DNA from: an uncultured Actinomycetota bacterium
GTDB lineage: Bacteria > Actinomycetota > Actinomycetes > Actinomycetales > Demequinaceae
NCBI GenBank assembly: GCA_963823015.1
Contig: CAWGJW010000004.1
Location: 540,301 to 604,300 of the forward strand
DNA length: 64,000 bases
Direction: 5' to 3'
Shown piece by piece: positions 10,698-20,333 of the stretch. Both the position numbers and the translations under genes were made by a program. The notes beneath the pieces are model-generated. The model searched no databases, was not told the origin of the DNA, and saw only the letters and a program-made list of their open reading frames with translations. Position 1 is the first letter of the stretch. Every line of letters starts with the position of its first letter.

Positions 10698-12521
10698 CTA
10701 GACGCCGACCTCCGCCTCGAAGGCGCCCGCTTCGATGCGCGCCTTCACGGCCTGCAGGAATCGCGAGGCGTCCGCGCCGTCGACGATCCGGTGGTCGTAG
10801 GAGAGGGCGAGGTAGCACATCGGCCGGATGGCGATCATCTCGCCGCCGTCCGGACCGGTGACGACCACGGGCCGCTTGGTGATGACCCCGGTTCCCAGGA
10901 TGCCGACCTGCGGCGCGGGGACGATCGGCGTGTCGAACACGGCCCCGATGGATCCGGTGTTCGTCACGGTGAACGTCGCGCCCGAGAGGTCGTCGGGGGT
11001 GAGCTTGTTGGTCCGTCCGCGCTCGCCGAGGTCGGCGATCTCGCGGGCGTGGTCGGCGAGCGTCTTCGAGTCCGCGTCCTTGAGCGCCGGGACGATCAGC
11101 CCCTTCTCGGTGTCGACCGCGATGCCGAGGTTCACCGCGCCGTGGTAGACGACGTTCTCGCCGTCGACGGACGCATTCAGCCCGGCGTGCGTGCGGAGCG
11201 CCTCGGCGGCGGCGTACGTGAAGAACGGCAGGAAGGTCAGCTTGGCGCCCTCGCGAGCCTGGAACGCGTCCTTCGCTCGGGCTCGGAGCGCCCAGACGCG
11301 GGAGACGTCCACCTCGATCACGGTGGTGAGCTGCGCCATGCCGTGCAGCGATTCCATCATCCGGTCAGCGATGATCGAGCGCAGGCGCGTCATCTTGACC
11401 GTGGTTCCGCGCAGCGCCGACGGCTCCGTCGACGGCGCGGCGGCCGACGGGGCGGAGGAGCCTCCGCCCGACGGCGTCGCGGGCGTCGCGGCGAGCACGT
11501 CCTCCTTGCGGATGCGCCCGCCGACGCCCGTTCCGGCGATGCGGGAGAGGTCGACGCCGCGCTCGAGCGCGAGCTTGCGCACGAGCGGCGTGACGTACGG
11601 GTTGCCCGGGCCCGCCGGCGCGGCGACGGGCGCCGCGGGTGCGGGAGCCGACGCCGCGGGAGCCGGCTGCGTCGGCGCGACGGGCGCGGGGACGATCGGC
11701 GGCACCTCCGAGACGGCGGCGAGCGGCGGGGCCGAGGGATCGGCCTGCGCCGGGGCCGGTGACGGGGCCGGCGTAGGAGTCGGGGTGGCCGCGGGGGCCG
11801 GCGCAGGAGTCGGGGTGGCCGCGGGGGCCGCCGCAGCGGCGGGTTTCGCGCCGCCGGACGGCGCGATGCGTGCGAGCACGGCGCCCACGTCGACGGTCTG
11901 ATCCTCCGGGACGACGATCTCGCTCAGCGTTCCGGCGAACGGCGACGGGATCTCGGTGTCGACCTTGTCGGTCGAGATCTCGAGCAGGGGCTCGTCGACG
12001 GCGACCGCGTCGCCGACCGCCTTGAGCCAGCGGGTGACCGTTCCCTCGGTGACGGACTCCCCGAGGGCCGGAAGCGTGACGTCGTCGAGGTCGCCGGACG
12101 CGGGAGCGGGCTCGGGCGTCGGGGCGGGTGTCGGCGCAGGCGCGGGTGCCGGTGCGGGAGCCGGCTCAGGCGCGGGTGCCGGTGCGGGAGCCGGCTCAGG
12201 AGCCGGCGCAGGAGCGGGCGCAGGCGCGGGCGCAGGAGCGGGGGCGGCGGCTGCCGGCGCGGCGGCAGGAGCGGCGGCCTCGCCCGCCTCGCCGATCCGC
12301 GCGAGCACGGCTCCGACCTCGACCGTCTCGTCCTCCTGGACGACGATCTCGGTGAGCGTTCCGGCGACGGGGGAGGGGATCTCGGTGTCGACCTTGTCGG
12401 TCGAGATCTCGAGCAGGGGCTCGTCGACGGCGACGGTGTCGCCGACCGCCTTGAGCCAGCGGGTGACCGTTCCCTCGGTGACGGACTCCCCGAGGGCCGG
12501 AAGCGTGACGTCGTGTGCCAT
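10698..12521 (-). CDS. sucB: dihydrolipoamide acyl(succinyl)transferase E2 with two lipoyl domains
   Basis: Two near-identical lipoyl domains ([14 protein letters not shown]), Ala/Pro linkers, and a catalytic domain ending in [19 protein letters not shown] lies upstream of the ATG at 12521. Confidence 0.92.
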   Translation of the reverse strand: MAHDVTLPALGESVTEGTVTRWLKAVGDTVAVDEPLLEISTDKVDTEIPSPVAGTLTEIVVQEDETVEVGAVLARIGEAGEAAAPAAAPAAAAPAPAPAPAPAPAPAPEPAPAPAPAPEPAPAPAPAPAPTPAPTPEPAPASGDLDDVTLPALGESVTEGTVTRWLKAVGDAVAVDEPLLEISTDKVDTEIPSPFAGTLSEIVVPEDQTVDVGAVLARIAPSGGAKPAAAAAPAATPTPAPAPAATPTPTPAPSPAPAQADPSAPPLAAVSEVPPIVPAPVAPTQPAPAASAPAPAAPVAAPAGPGNPYVTPLVRKLALERGVDLSRIAGTGVGGRIRKEDVLAATPATPSGGGSSAPSAAAPSTEPSALRGTTVKMTRLRSIIADRMMESLHGMAQLTTVIEVDVSRVWALRARAKDAFQAREGAKLTFLPFFTYAAAEALRTHAGLNASVDGENVVYHGAVNLGIAVDTEKGLIVPALKDADSKTLADHAREIADLGERGRTNKLTPDDLSGATFTVTNTGSIGAVFDTPIVPAPQVGILGTGVITKRPVVVTGPDGGEMIAIRPMCYLALSYDHRIVDGADASRFLQAVKARIEAGAFEAEVGV

Positions 12522-12543
12522 GTTCAGCATTCTCCCTTGAGAA

Positions 12544-13929
12544 TCAGTCGTGCGCGTGGAGCGGCTTACCGGCGAGCGCCATATGGGCCTCTCCGAGTGC
12601 CTCGTTCTGCGTCGGATGGGCGTGGATTAGGGATGCGACGTCCTCGGGGAACGCGTCCCAGCTCACGATGAGCTGCGCCTCCCCGATTTGCTCGCCCATG
12701 CGGGCGCCGAGCATGTGCACGCCCACCACCGGCCCGTTCTTGACGCGCACGAGCTTGACGAACCCCGCGGTCTGGAGGATCTGGCTCTTGCCGTTCCCTC
12801 CGAGGTTGTATTCGAGGGTCTCCACGGCGTCGGCGCCGTGCTGGTCCTTCGCCTGGGCCTCGGTGAGGCCCACGGAGGCGACCTCGGGGTCGCAGTAGGT
12901 GACGCGCGGGACGTTCGCCTCGATGATCGGCGCGGGCGCGAGGCCCGCGATGTGCTCGGCGAGGAAGACGCCTTGCGCGAATCCGCGGTGCGCGAGCTGC
13001 AGGCCCGGGACGATGTCGCCCACGGCGTAGATGTTCGCGACGCCCGTGTGCAGGTGCTGGTCGGTCAGCACGAATCCGCGGTCCATCTTCACGCCCTGCG
13101 CCTCGTAGCCGAGGTCCGCGGTGCGCGGCCCGCGCCCGACCGCCACGAGCATGATCTCCGCCTCGATGACCGTCCCGTCCTCGAGCGAGACCTTGACCCC
13201 GCCGTCGTCCTGGGTGACGCCTTGGAAGCGGACGCCCACCTTGAAGTCGATGCCGCGCTTCCGGAACGCGCGCTCGAGACCCTTCGAGAGGGCCTCGTCC
13301 TCGTTCGGCACGAGGTGGGGCAGTGCCTCGACGATCGTCACCTTCGCGCCGAACGACGTCCACACGGAGGCGAACTCGACGCCGATGACCCCCCCGCCGA
13401 GCACGACGACGGACGCCGGCACGTGGTCGAGGTTCAGCGCCTGGTCGGAGGTCATCACGCGCCCGCCGATCTCGAGACCGGGGAGCGAACGCGCGTACGA
13501 GCCGGACGCGAGGACGATGTTCTTGCCCGTGTACCGCGTGCCCTCGACGTCGATCGAGTCGGGGCCGCTCAGGACGCCGTGGCCGGGGATCGTGGTGACG
13601 CCGCGCGACTTCGCGAGGCCGGTCAGGCCCTTGTAGAGGCGGTCGACCACCCCCTGCTTGTACGCGTTGACGGCCGTCATGTCGATCCCCGCGAGCGAGG
13701 TCTGCACCCCGATCGCGGATCCCTCGCGGGCCGTGTCCGCCACCTCGGCGGCGTGGAGCAGGGCCTTGGTGGGGATGCAGCCGTTGTGGAGGCAGGTGCC
13801 GCCGAATTTGTCCTCCTCGACCACGGCGACGTTCATGCCGAGTTGGGAGGCGCGGAGCGCGGTCGCGTAACCGCCGCTGCCCCCTCCGAGGACGAGGATG
13901 TCGAAGGCTGTCGAGGATGCTTCGGACAC
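12544..13929 (-). CDS. lpdA: dihydrolipoyl dehydrogenase
   Basis: FAD motif GGGSGGY and the redox disulfide [11 protein letters not shown] chose the GTG start at 13929, preceded by AAGGAGA. Confidence 0.92.
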   Translation of the reverse strand: MSEASSTAFDILVLGGGSGGYATALRASQLGMNVAVVEEDKFGGTCLHNGCIPTKALLHAAEVADTAREGSAIGVQTSLAGIDMTAVNAYKQGVVDRLYKGLTGLAKSRGVTTIPGHGVLSGPDSIDVEGTRYTGKNIVLASGSYARSLPGLEIGGRVMTSDQALNLDHVPASVVVLGGGVIGVEFASVWTSFGAKVTIVEALPHLVPNEDEALSKGLERAFRKRGIDFKVGVRFQGVTQDDGGVKVSLEDGTVIEAEIMLVAVGRGPRTADLGYEAQGVKMDRGFVLTDQHLHTGVANIYAVGDIVPGLQLAHRGFAQGVFLAEHIAGLAPAPIIEANVPRVTYCDPEVASVGLTEAQAKDQHGADAVETLEYNLGGNGKSQILQTAGFVKLVRVKNGPVVGVHMLGARMGEQIGEAQLIVSWDAFPEDVASLIHAHPTQNEALGEAHMALAGKPLHAHD

Positions 13930-14018
13930 GGTGGATTCTCCTTGCGAGGACGTGTGTCCACCCATCTTGTCACCTTGACGGGTGAGACACACAACCCGTC
14001 GACCCGTACCCTGGGCGC

Positions 14019-14351
14019 ATGGGTCTGTTCTCTCGCAAACCGCGCCCCGGCGACTCGTCCGCGCCTCGGGGTGGCAGGGAGGCCAAGAGGGAGACGATCG
14101 ATCACCTGAAGGCGTTCGTCGCCGAGCACCCGGGGTGCGAGGCCTACATCGAGCCGCCGACGCCGGTCACGCAGACGACGATGATCGTCGTCGCGGGGAC
14201 GGGCGAGTTTACGCGGCGCCGGGTCCCCGACGCGGAGACGGCGCGCAAGCTCGCGAAGGACTTCGGCATCCCCGCGTTCGACGTCAACCTGAGCGGATAC
14301 CCGTCGCGCATGCGCACGTGGGTGGAGCAGCAGCGCAAGGGTCGGGCGTAG
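14019..14351 (+). CDS. conserved hypothetical protein
   Basis: A 110-aa ORF with coding-like composition. I recognise no family. Confidence 0.5.
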   Translation: MGLFSRKPRPGDSSAPRGGREAKRETIDHLKAFVAEHPGCEAYIEPPTPVTQTTMIVVAGTGEFTRRRVPDAETARKLAKDFGIPAFDVNLSGYPSRMRTWVEQQRKGRA

Positions 14352-14379
14352 GGCTTCTCGCGAGGCGGGGGACGACGCC

Positions 14380-14473
14380 GGGACGCGGGTTGGGCTCGCC
14401 GCGCCGGGACGCGGGTTGGGCTCGCCGCGCCGGGACGGGGGTTGCGTTCGCCGGGACGGGGGTTGCGTTCGCC
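14380..14473. repeat. tandem repeats: 2 x 26 nt (gggacgcgggttgggctcgccgcgcc) followed by 2 x 21 nt (gggacgggggttgcgttcgcc)
   Basis: Read directly from the sequence. The units are contiguous and G-run rich. Confidence 0.75.
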
Positions 14474-14529
14474 GGGCGCGGCGATGCGAGGTTGGGTTGC
14501 CCTCCTCCGCGTCGCCGCCCACGGTTCGA

Positions 14530-14665
14530 GCGTCCCTGCAGTCACTTGACACACGTTTTCCGCCCTAATCGATGCGGAAGTGACTGCAGGGGCGTTTCAG
14601 GAGGGCCTCGGGGAGCGAAACGATGCGGAAATGACTGCAGGGGCGCGCTGCCGGCGAATTCGCCT
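14530..14665. repeat. intergenic palindromic element, family X, copy 1
   Basis: ccctgcagtcactt pairs with aagtgactgcaggg across a loop containing TTGACACACGTTTTC. A second half-site, gatgcggaaatgactgcagggg, follows. It aligns along about 135 nt with 47005-47140. Confidence 0.65.
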
Positions 14666-14730
14666 CGCGGCGTCCTGCGTCCCGGCGCGGGGAACCGCCG
14701 TGGGACCGCCCCGCGCGGTCACCCGGCACG

Positions 14731-14785
14731 CGGAACCACCGCGGAACCACCCGGAACCACCCGGAACCACCGCGGAACCACCCGG
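14731..14785. repeat. tandem decamer-like repeat (cggaaccacc[g]) x5
   Basis: Read directly from the sequence. Confidence 0.65.
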
Positions 14786-14798
14786 GCCCAGCGCCCTC

Positions 14799-15128
14799 CT
14801 ACACCAGGGGCTGGCCGAGGCTCGCCAACAGGTCGTTGAGGAAGCGGCGCGCGCGGCGTCGGGGGAAGTACTGGACGAAGCTCCGGGACGAGACGTCGAG
14901 CTCCCCGCCGGTGAACCACACGACGATCCAGCTCTCGATGTGCAGCGTGTCGCCCGCCAGGGTGATCTGGACGTACGACCTCGCCTGGAGAAACCCGTCG
15001 CCTCGCTGGTAGACCCGGCCCCAGTCGCCGTGGCTCGCGATCGAGTGACGCGTCCGCGCCGCCCACGCGTCGATGAGGGGCCAGGGATCCGTCGCGGGGC
15101 GGAATTCGAGGATCGTCCGCTTGGCCAT
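14799..15128 (-). CDS. hypothetical protein
   Basis: 109 aa (MAKRTILEFRPATDPWPLIDAW..) immediately downstream of pepA on the same strand. I recognise no family. Confidence 0.5.
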   Translation of the reverse strand: MAKRTILEFRPATDPWPLIDAWAARTRHSIASHGDWGRVYQRGDGFLQARSYVQITLAGDTLHIESWIVVWFTGGELDVSSRSFVQYFPRRRARRFLNDLLASLGQPLV

Positions 15129-15130
15129 GT

Positions 15131-16579
15131 CTACGCACCCGCTCTCTTCTCGAGGAACCGGATGAGCGTCCGCACGGCCGCCCCCGTCCCTCCCGGCGTC
15201 GTGAACCCGTACGCGGCGCCCTCGTTGAACGCGGGGCGCGCGATGTCGAGGTGGGACCACGGGGTGGCGCCGACGAACTCGCGCAGGAAGATCCCGGCGC
15301 TCAGCATCCCGCCCTGGCGGTCGCCGATGTTGCGCAGGTCCGCGACCTTCGAGTCGACGGACTCCCGCAGGTGCTCGGGCAGCGGCATGGGCCACATGGC
15401 CTCGGCGACCTCGTCGGCCGCGGCGACCACCTCGGCTCGGATCTCCGGCGTCCCCATCACCCCGGACGTGCGCGACCCGAGCGCGAGCCCCTGGGCGCCG
15501 GTGAGCGTCGCGACGTCGAGGAGGACGTCCGGGTTGTCCTCGCGCGCCCGGACGAGCCCGTCCGCCATAACGAGGCGGCCCTCGGCGTCGGTGTTGAGGA
15601 CCTCGACGGACTTCCCGCCGTAGATGCGGATGACGTCGGAGGGGCGTTGGGCGGTCGCGGACGGCATGTTCTCGGCGAGGCAGAGCCATCCGGTGACGGA
15701 GACGGGCAGCTGGAGTCGGGCGGCGGCGACGACGGTGTGGAGGACGGCCGCGGCGCCCGCCATGTCGGACTTCATCGTCTGCATGCCGTCGTTCGGCTTG
15801 AGCGAGATCCCTCCGGTGTCGAAGGTGATGCCCTTGCCGACGAGCGCCACGGAGGCGCGGGCGTCGGGGGAAGCGTAGGAGACGCGCACGAGGCGGGGCA
15901 GGCGCGACGAGCCCATGCCGACGGCGAGGATCCCGCCGAATCCCTCGTCGGCGAGCCGCTGCGGCTCCCAGACCATCACGTCGATGCCGACGCGGGAGCC
16001 GAGTTCCTCGGCCGCCTCGGCGAACGACGCGGGGTAGAGGTCGAGGGGTGCCGTGTTGACGAGGTCCCGGGTCCCGGCGACGGCGGCGACCACGACCTTC
16101 GCGCGGGCGATCGCGGCGTCGTCCGCGCCGGCGACGAGCCATTCCGCGCCCTCGTAGGTGTTCTCCTCGTCGTCGTCGGACAGGTAGCTGGTGAAGCGGT
16201 ACGCCCCGAGCGGCGCGCCCTCGGCCACGGCCGCGACGGCCGTCGGCGTGAGCGCGGGCAGGGCGACGACGACGCGGGCGGGCCGCTTCCCGCACGCGCG
16301 GGCGGCGGAGCCGGCCGCCTCGCGGAGGTCGCCGTCCGTTCCCCCGCCGAGCCCGACGAGGACGATGCGGCGCGCGGCGACGGAGGGGTGGGTGAGGGCG
16401 GTGACGGCCCCGACCTTCTCGCTCGGCTCGAGCGGCGCGGCGGCGGCGGTGATCGCCGCGCGAGCCTCCTCGGGGAGCTGCGCGTGGGCCGTCACCTCGC
16501 CTCCGGCGATCACTCCGAGCACGAGGGCGTCGGATTCGATGGTCGTGACGGTCTCGGCGGTGGCGGCAAGGGAGGTCAT
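15131..16579 (-). CDS. pepA: leucyl aminopeptidase (M17)
   Basis: 482 aa with M17 motifs (VGKGITFDTGGISLKP, NTDAEGRL). Confidence 0.92.
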   Translation of the reverse strand: MTSLAATAETVTTIESDALVLGVIAGGEVTAHAQLPEEARAAITAAAAPLEPSEKVGAVTALTHPSVAARRIVLVGLGGGTDGDLREAAGSAARACGKRPARVVVALPALTPTAVAAVAEGAPLGAYRFTSYLSDDDEENTYEGAEWLVAGADDAAIARAKVVVAAVAGTRDLVNTAPLDLYPASFAEAAEELGSRVGIDVMVWEPQRLADEGFGGILAVGMGSSRLPRLVRVSYASPDARASVALVGKGITFDTGGISLKPNDGMQTMKSDMAGAAAVLHTVVAAARLQLPVSVTGWLCLAENMPSATAQRPSDVIRIYGGKSVEVLNTDAEGRLVMADGLVRAREDNPDVLLDVATLTGAQGLALGSRTSGVMGTPEIRAEVVAAADEVAEAMWPMPLPEHLRESVDSKVADLRNIGDRQGGMLSAGIFLREFVGATPWSHLDIARPAFNEGAAYGFTTPGGTGAAVRTLIRFLEKRAGA

Positions 16580-16611
16580 ACGCGCATCGTAACCGGCGCT
16601 AGTTTGGGGGC

Positions 16612-17628
16612 GTGTACCGGCTCTTCTTCCACCTCGTCATTCGCAACCTTTCCGCGGAGTTCGCGCACCACGCGGGGCTCGCGGCCGTCCGGTGGGGAGG
16701 GTGGGCCGCCTCGCTTCTGCGGTGGACGCGATTCTTCCCGCGCCCGAATCCCGCGGGGGCGGTGCCGGCGCTCGGCCTGACGTTCCCGGGGCCGCTCGGT
16801 CTCGCGGCGGGCATGGACAAGGACGCGACGAGCATGCGGGGGATCCTGTCCGTCGGGTTCGCGTACGTCGAGGTCGGGACGATCACGCCGCTCGCCCAGC
16901 CGGGGAACCCGAAGCCGCGATCGTGGCGGGAGCTCGACCTTCGGGGTCTGCGCAACCAGATGGGGTTCAATAACGGCGGCGCCGAGGCGGCGGCCCGGCG
17001 CCTTGCCCGCTTTCGGCGGAGCGCGCGGGGGCGTCGCGCGATCGTGGGCGTCAACATCGGCAAGAACAAGATCACGCCCGAGGCGCGGGCCGCCGCGGAC
17101 TATGCGGCCTGCGCGACGCTCCTCGCCCCGCACGCCTCGTACCTCGTGGTCAACGTCTCGTCGCCCAACACTCCGGGGCTGCGCGACCTTCAGGCGGTGC
17201 GGAGCCTCCGGCCCATCCTCGTCGCGACCCGGGAGGCGGCCGACGCGGCCACCGACCGGCACGTGCCGGTGCTCGTGAAGATCGCGCCCGACCTTTCGAA
17301 TGCGGACGTGGACGCGGTCGCCGCGCTCGTGCTCGACGTGGGGCTCGACGGCGTCGTCGCGACGAACACTACGATCGCCCACGACCGGGGCCCCGGGGGC
17401 CTGTCGGGGCCGCCGCTTCTGGGCCGGGCCCTGGAGGTGGTCGCGCGGCTGCGCGCGGCGCTCGGGCCGGAGCCGGTGATCATGGGCGGCGGCGGCATCT
17501 CGAGCGTCGAGGACGCGCGCGCGATGCTCGACGCGGGGGCGACGCTCCTGCAGGCGTACACGGCGTTCGTGTACGAGGGGCCGTCGTGGCCCGCGCGCAT
17601 GAACGCTGCGCTCACGCGCGGCGCCTGA
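16612..17628 (+). CDS. pyrD: quinone-dependent dihydroorotate dehydrogenase (class 2)
   Basis: 338 aa with GLAAGMDKD, GFAYVEVGTITP, NQMGFNNGG and VNVSSPNTPGLR. Confidence 0.9.
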   Translation: MYRLFFHLVIRNLSAEFAHHAGLAAVRWGGWAASLLRWTRFFPRPNPAGAVPALGLTFPGPLGLAAGMDKDATSMRGILSVGFAYVEVGTITPLAQPGNPKPRSWRELDLRGLRNQMGFNNGGAEAAARRLARFRRSARGRRAIVGVNIGKNKITPEARAAADYAACATLLAPHASYLVVNVSSPNTPGLRDLQAVRSLRPILVATREAADAATDRHVPVLVKIAPDLSNADVDAVAALVLDVGLDGVVATNTTIAHDRGPGGLSGPPLLGRALEVVARLRAALGPEPVIMGGGGISSVEDARAMLDAGATLLQAYTAFVYEGPSWPARMNAALTRGA

Positions 17629-17637
17629 CGCGGCTCG

Positions 17638-18753
17638 TCAGGCGATCCGGAGGGGCAGGCTGCGCGGCCCCCACTCGCCCGCGGCCGGGCCGAATCGCCC
17701 GGGGAGGACGGCGTGGCACGACGGGCAGCGGCCGTCGGCGGTGAGGCGGTAGGCCGTCAGCGCGTACCAGTCGCGTTCGATCAGCGCCTCCCCGCACCCG
17801 GGGCAGGACGTCGTCTCGCCGTCCGGGTCCCGGATGTTGCCCGTGTAGACGAAGCGGAGGCCGGCGTCGAGGGCGGCGGCGCGGGCGTCCCGGAGGGTCG
17901 CGGGCGGCGTCGGCGGGACGTCGAGCATCTTGAAGTCCGGGTGGAACGCGGAGAAGTGGAGCGGGACGTCGGGGCCGAGCTCCGCGAGGATCCACCGGCA
18001 CATCCGCGCGATCTCGTCCGGGGAGTCGTTGTGGCCGGGGATGAGGAGGGTCGTCAGCTCGATCCAGGTGTCCGTGTGGGCGTGCGCCCAGGAGATGGTG
18101 TCGAGGACGTCCGCGAGGTGGGCGCCCGTGACCTTCCAGGAGAAGTCCTCGGTGAATCCCTTGAGGTCGATGTTCGCGGCGTCCATGGGGGCGAAGAAGT
18201 CGGGTCGGGCATCGGGAGTGACGTACCCCGCGGTGACGGCGACGGCGTGGACGCCGCGATCGTGGCAGGCGGCCGCGGTGTCGATCGCGTATTCGGCGAA
18301 GATCACCGGGTCGTTGTACGTGAACGCGACGGAGTCGCATCCGGCCGCGACGGCGGCGTCCGCGATCGCCTCGGGGGTCGCTGGCGCCGCGAGGCGGTCC
18401 CACTCGCGCGACTTGGAGATGTCCCAGTTCTGGCAGAACCGGCAGTTGAGGTTGCAGCCGGCCGTGCCGAACGAGAGCGCGGCGGTGCCGGGGTGGAAGT
18501 GCGCGAGCGGTTTCTTCTCGATGGGGTCGACGGCGAACCCGGAGCTGCGTCCGTAGGTCGTGAGCACCATGCGGTCCGCGTCGCGGGCGCGGACGAAGCA
18601 GAAGCCGCGTTGGCCGGGGCGCAGCCGGCAACGCCGCGGGCACAGGTCGCACTCGATGCGCCCGTCGTCGAGGGCGTGCCACCACCGCGCGGTGGGAGCG
18701 TCGGCCCAGGACTCGGCCGCGGTCCCGGGGGCGTCGCCCGCGGCCGTCGTCAC
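17638..18753 (-). CDS. amrS: AmmeMemoRadiSam system radical SAM enzyme
   Basis: An N-terminal Cys cluster (CDLCPRRCRL) is followed by the radical-SAM CNLNCRFC motif, and there is a C-terminal CPGC..CPSC pair. The GTG start overlaps the amrA stop (GTGA at 18750-18753). Confidence 0.85.
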   Translation of the reverse strand: MTTAAGDAPGTAAESWADAPTARWWHALDDGRIECDLCPRRCRLRPGQRGFCFVRARDADRMVLTTYGRSSGFAVDPIEKKPLAHFHPGTAALSFGTAGCNLNCRFCQNWDISKSREWDRLAAPATPEAIADAAVAAGCDSVAFTYNDPVIFAEYAIDTAAACHDRGVHAVAVTAGYVTPDARPDFFAPMDAANIDLKGFTEDFSWKVTGAHLADVLDTISWAHAHTDTWIELTTLLIPGHNDSPDEIARMCRWILAELGPDVPLHFSAFHPDFKMLDVPPTPPATLRDARAAALDAGLRFVYTGNIRDPDGETTSCPGCGEALIERDWYALTAYRLTADGRCPSCHAVLPGRFGPAAGEWGPRSLPLRIA

Positions 18754-19337
18754 GCCTCGCTCCAGGCTCGGACGTCGTACACCTGGAGCGTCGTGCCGGG
18801 CGGCCAGGTGCCGGGCGTCATCCCCGCCTTCGCCCACAGGTGGCGCAGGAACTCCTCCGGCTCGGGAAGCTCTTCCCACACCTGCGGGAGGAAGGTGGCG
18901 CGGTGCCAGGCGCCGTCCTCCACGATGAGGCCGTCGACGCCGGGGCGGAGCGCGGTCGCGGCTTCGGCGAGGTTGGAGGCGGCGAGGGGGCGGGGTGCCG
19001 TGAGGACGGACACCTCGATCGCGACGCCCTCCACCTCGGGCGGCGTGAGCGGGGGGAAGCGGGGATCCCGGGTCGCGGCCGCGGCGGCGTTGGCGACGAC
19101 GTCGTCGAGGAGGGGGCGGACGGCCTCGAGCGAGCCGATGCAGCCGCGCAGTCGGCCGCGCTCGGTGAGCGTCACGAAGGCCGCGCCGGGCGCGATGGCC
19201 CAGGCGGGGCGCTCGGGGGGCAGGTCGACGCGCTGCCCGGTGGCGCGGGCGACGGACGCGCGGGCGAAGGGGAGGAGCGTCGAACCCGCGTCGTCGGGTA
19301 CCGCGCCGCCTCGGGCGTCGGTGGACGCGTCAGTCAT
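18750..19337 (-). CDS. amrA: AmmeMemoRadiSam system protein A (AMMECR1 domain)
   Basis: 195 aa with the AMMECR1 signature GAFVTL..G.LRGCIG..RDPRFPP. It overlaps the amrB 3' end by 8 nt. Confidence 0.85.
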   Translation of the reverse strand: MTDASTDARGGAVPDDAGSTLLPFARASVARATGQRVDLPPERPAWAIAPGAAFVTLTERGRLRGCIGSLEAVRPLLDDVVANAAAAATRDPRFPPLTPPEVEGVAIEVSVLTAPRPLAASNLAEAATALRPGVDGLIVEDGAWHRATFLPQVWEELPEPEEFLRHLWAKAGMTPGTWPPGTTLQVYDVRAWSEA

Positions 19338-20145
19338 CGGATCCCTCCTCGAACGCGAAGGCGCAGTAGCCGACGACGCGACCCCGCCCCGCGCCCGTGT
19401 CGCCGGAGTTGCGCGCGTCGAGCAGCGTCGGCGTGAGGCGTGCGCGCCGCGCGACGAGCAGCATGCCGTTGATCGGCGTCGCGCCGCAGGCCTCGGAGTG
19501 GTCGAGCGGGCCGTCGAGGGTCGAGATCCGGGAGATCGTCGCGGCGTCCACCCGCGTCGCGTCGTCGTACGCGAGGTAGTGGGAGAGGTCCGAGCTGATG
19601 ACCAGGAGGGTTCCCGGGTCGTCCCGGAGCGCGTCGAGAACGTCGGCGACCTCCTCGCCCGACGCGTCGCCCGCGAGGAGCGGCACGATGTCGACGTCGC
19701 CGAGCGTTCGCTGAAGGAACGGGAGCTGGACCTCGACGGAGTGTTCCCACCGGTGGGTCTCCGGGTGCGCGATCACCGCGTCGATCCCCGCGAGCCTGTC
19801 CTCGGCCCACGCGTGCGCGACTTTCACGTCGCCGAGCGGCGTACGGAACGCGCTCGCCTCGGGGAGCGCGACCCCGCGAATCGGGACGCGGTGGGTGGGG
19901 CCGACGATCACGACCCGGGAGATCTGGTCGCGGCCGGCGGCGACGAGGGCGTATGCGGCGGCGGCGGTGTGCCCCGAGTACTCGTAGCCGGCGTGGGGCA
20001 CGATGACCGCGCGCGGCGCTCGGGCTCCCTCACGCGGGCGCGGCGCCCCGTCGAGCAGCGCGTCGACCGTGTCGCGTAGCGCGGCGGCGTCGGCGGGGTA
20101 GAACGACCCCGCCACGGCGGCCTCGCGGATGGCAAGCGGAACCAC
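19330..20145 (-). CDS. amrB: AmmeMemoRadiSam system protein B (MEMO1-like)
   Basis: 271 aa with AGSFYP and VPHAGYEYSG motifs typical of Memo-family proteins. Confidence 0.85.
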   Translation of the reverse strand: MVPLAIREAAVAGSFYPADAAALRDTVDALLDGAPRPREGARAPRAVIVPHAGYEYSGHTAAAAYALVAAGRDQISRVVIVGPTHRVPIRGVALPEASAFRTPLGDVKVAHAWAEDRLAGIDAVIAHPETHRWEHSVEVQLPFLQRTLGDVDIVPLLAGDASGEEVADVLDALRDDPGTLLVISSDLSHYLAYDDATRVDAATISRISTLDGPLDHSEACGATPINGMLLVARRARLTPTLLDARNSGDTGAGRGRVVGYCAFAFEEGSDD

Positions 20146-20280
20146 GGGCCATCACCTCGGTTTCCATGCTAATCCCGCCCCGATGCGGCGGTCGGAATTC
20201 GTGGGAACGGGGGAGCGGGTTCGGGCGTTGAGATTTCGTACGCTCCTGCCAGACGTACAGGCATTGTTTTCTCCTTTGAT

Positions 20281-20320
20281 GCAGAAAGCCCCCGAGGACG
20301 CAGCCTCGGGGGCCTTCTGC
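20281..20320. terminator. hairpin downstream of the aldo/keto reductase gene
   Basis: gcagaaagcccccgagg / cctcgggggccttctgc is a 17-bp stem with one mismatch. It lies 13 nt beyond the stop at 20334. There is no clear U-tract. Confidence 0.4.
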
Positions 20321-20333
20321 GTTCGAGGGAACG

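Noticed and set aside
14544-14575. TTGACA inside the family X element as a -35 promoter box.
   Set aside because: No acceptable -10 hexamer lies at 16-18 nt in either copy. The hexamer lies in the hairpin loop of a repeat in a convergent, terminator-type gap.
14380-14785. A possible CRISPR array, given several short direct repeats (the same applies to 46884-46986).
   Set aside because: The repeat units are contiguous tandem copies with no unique spacers of regular length. No cas genes are present in the window.
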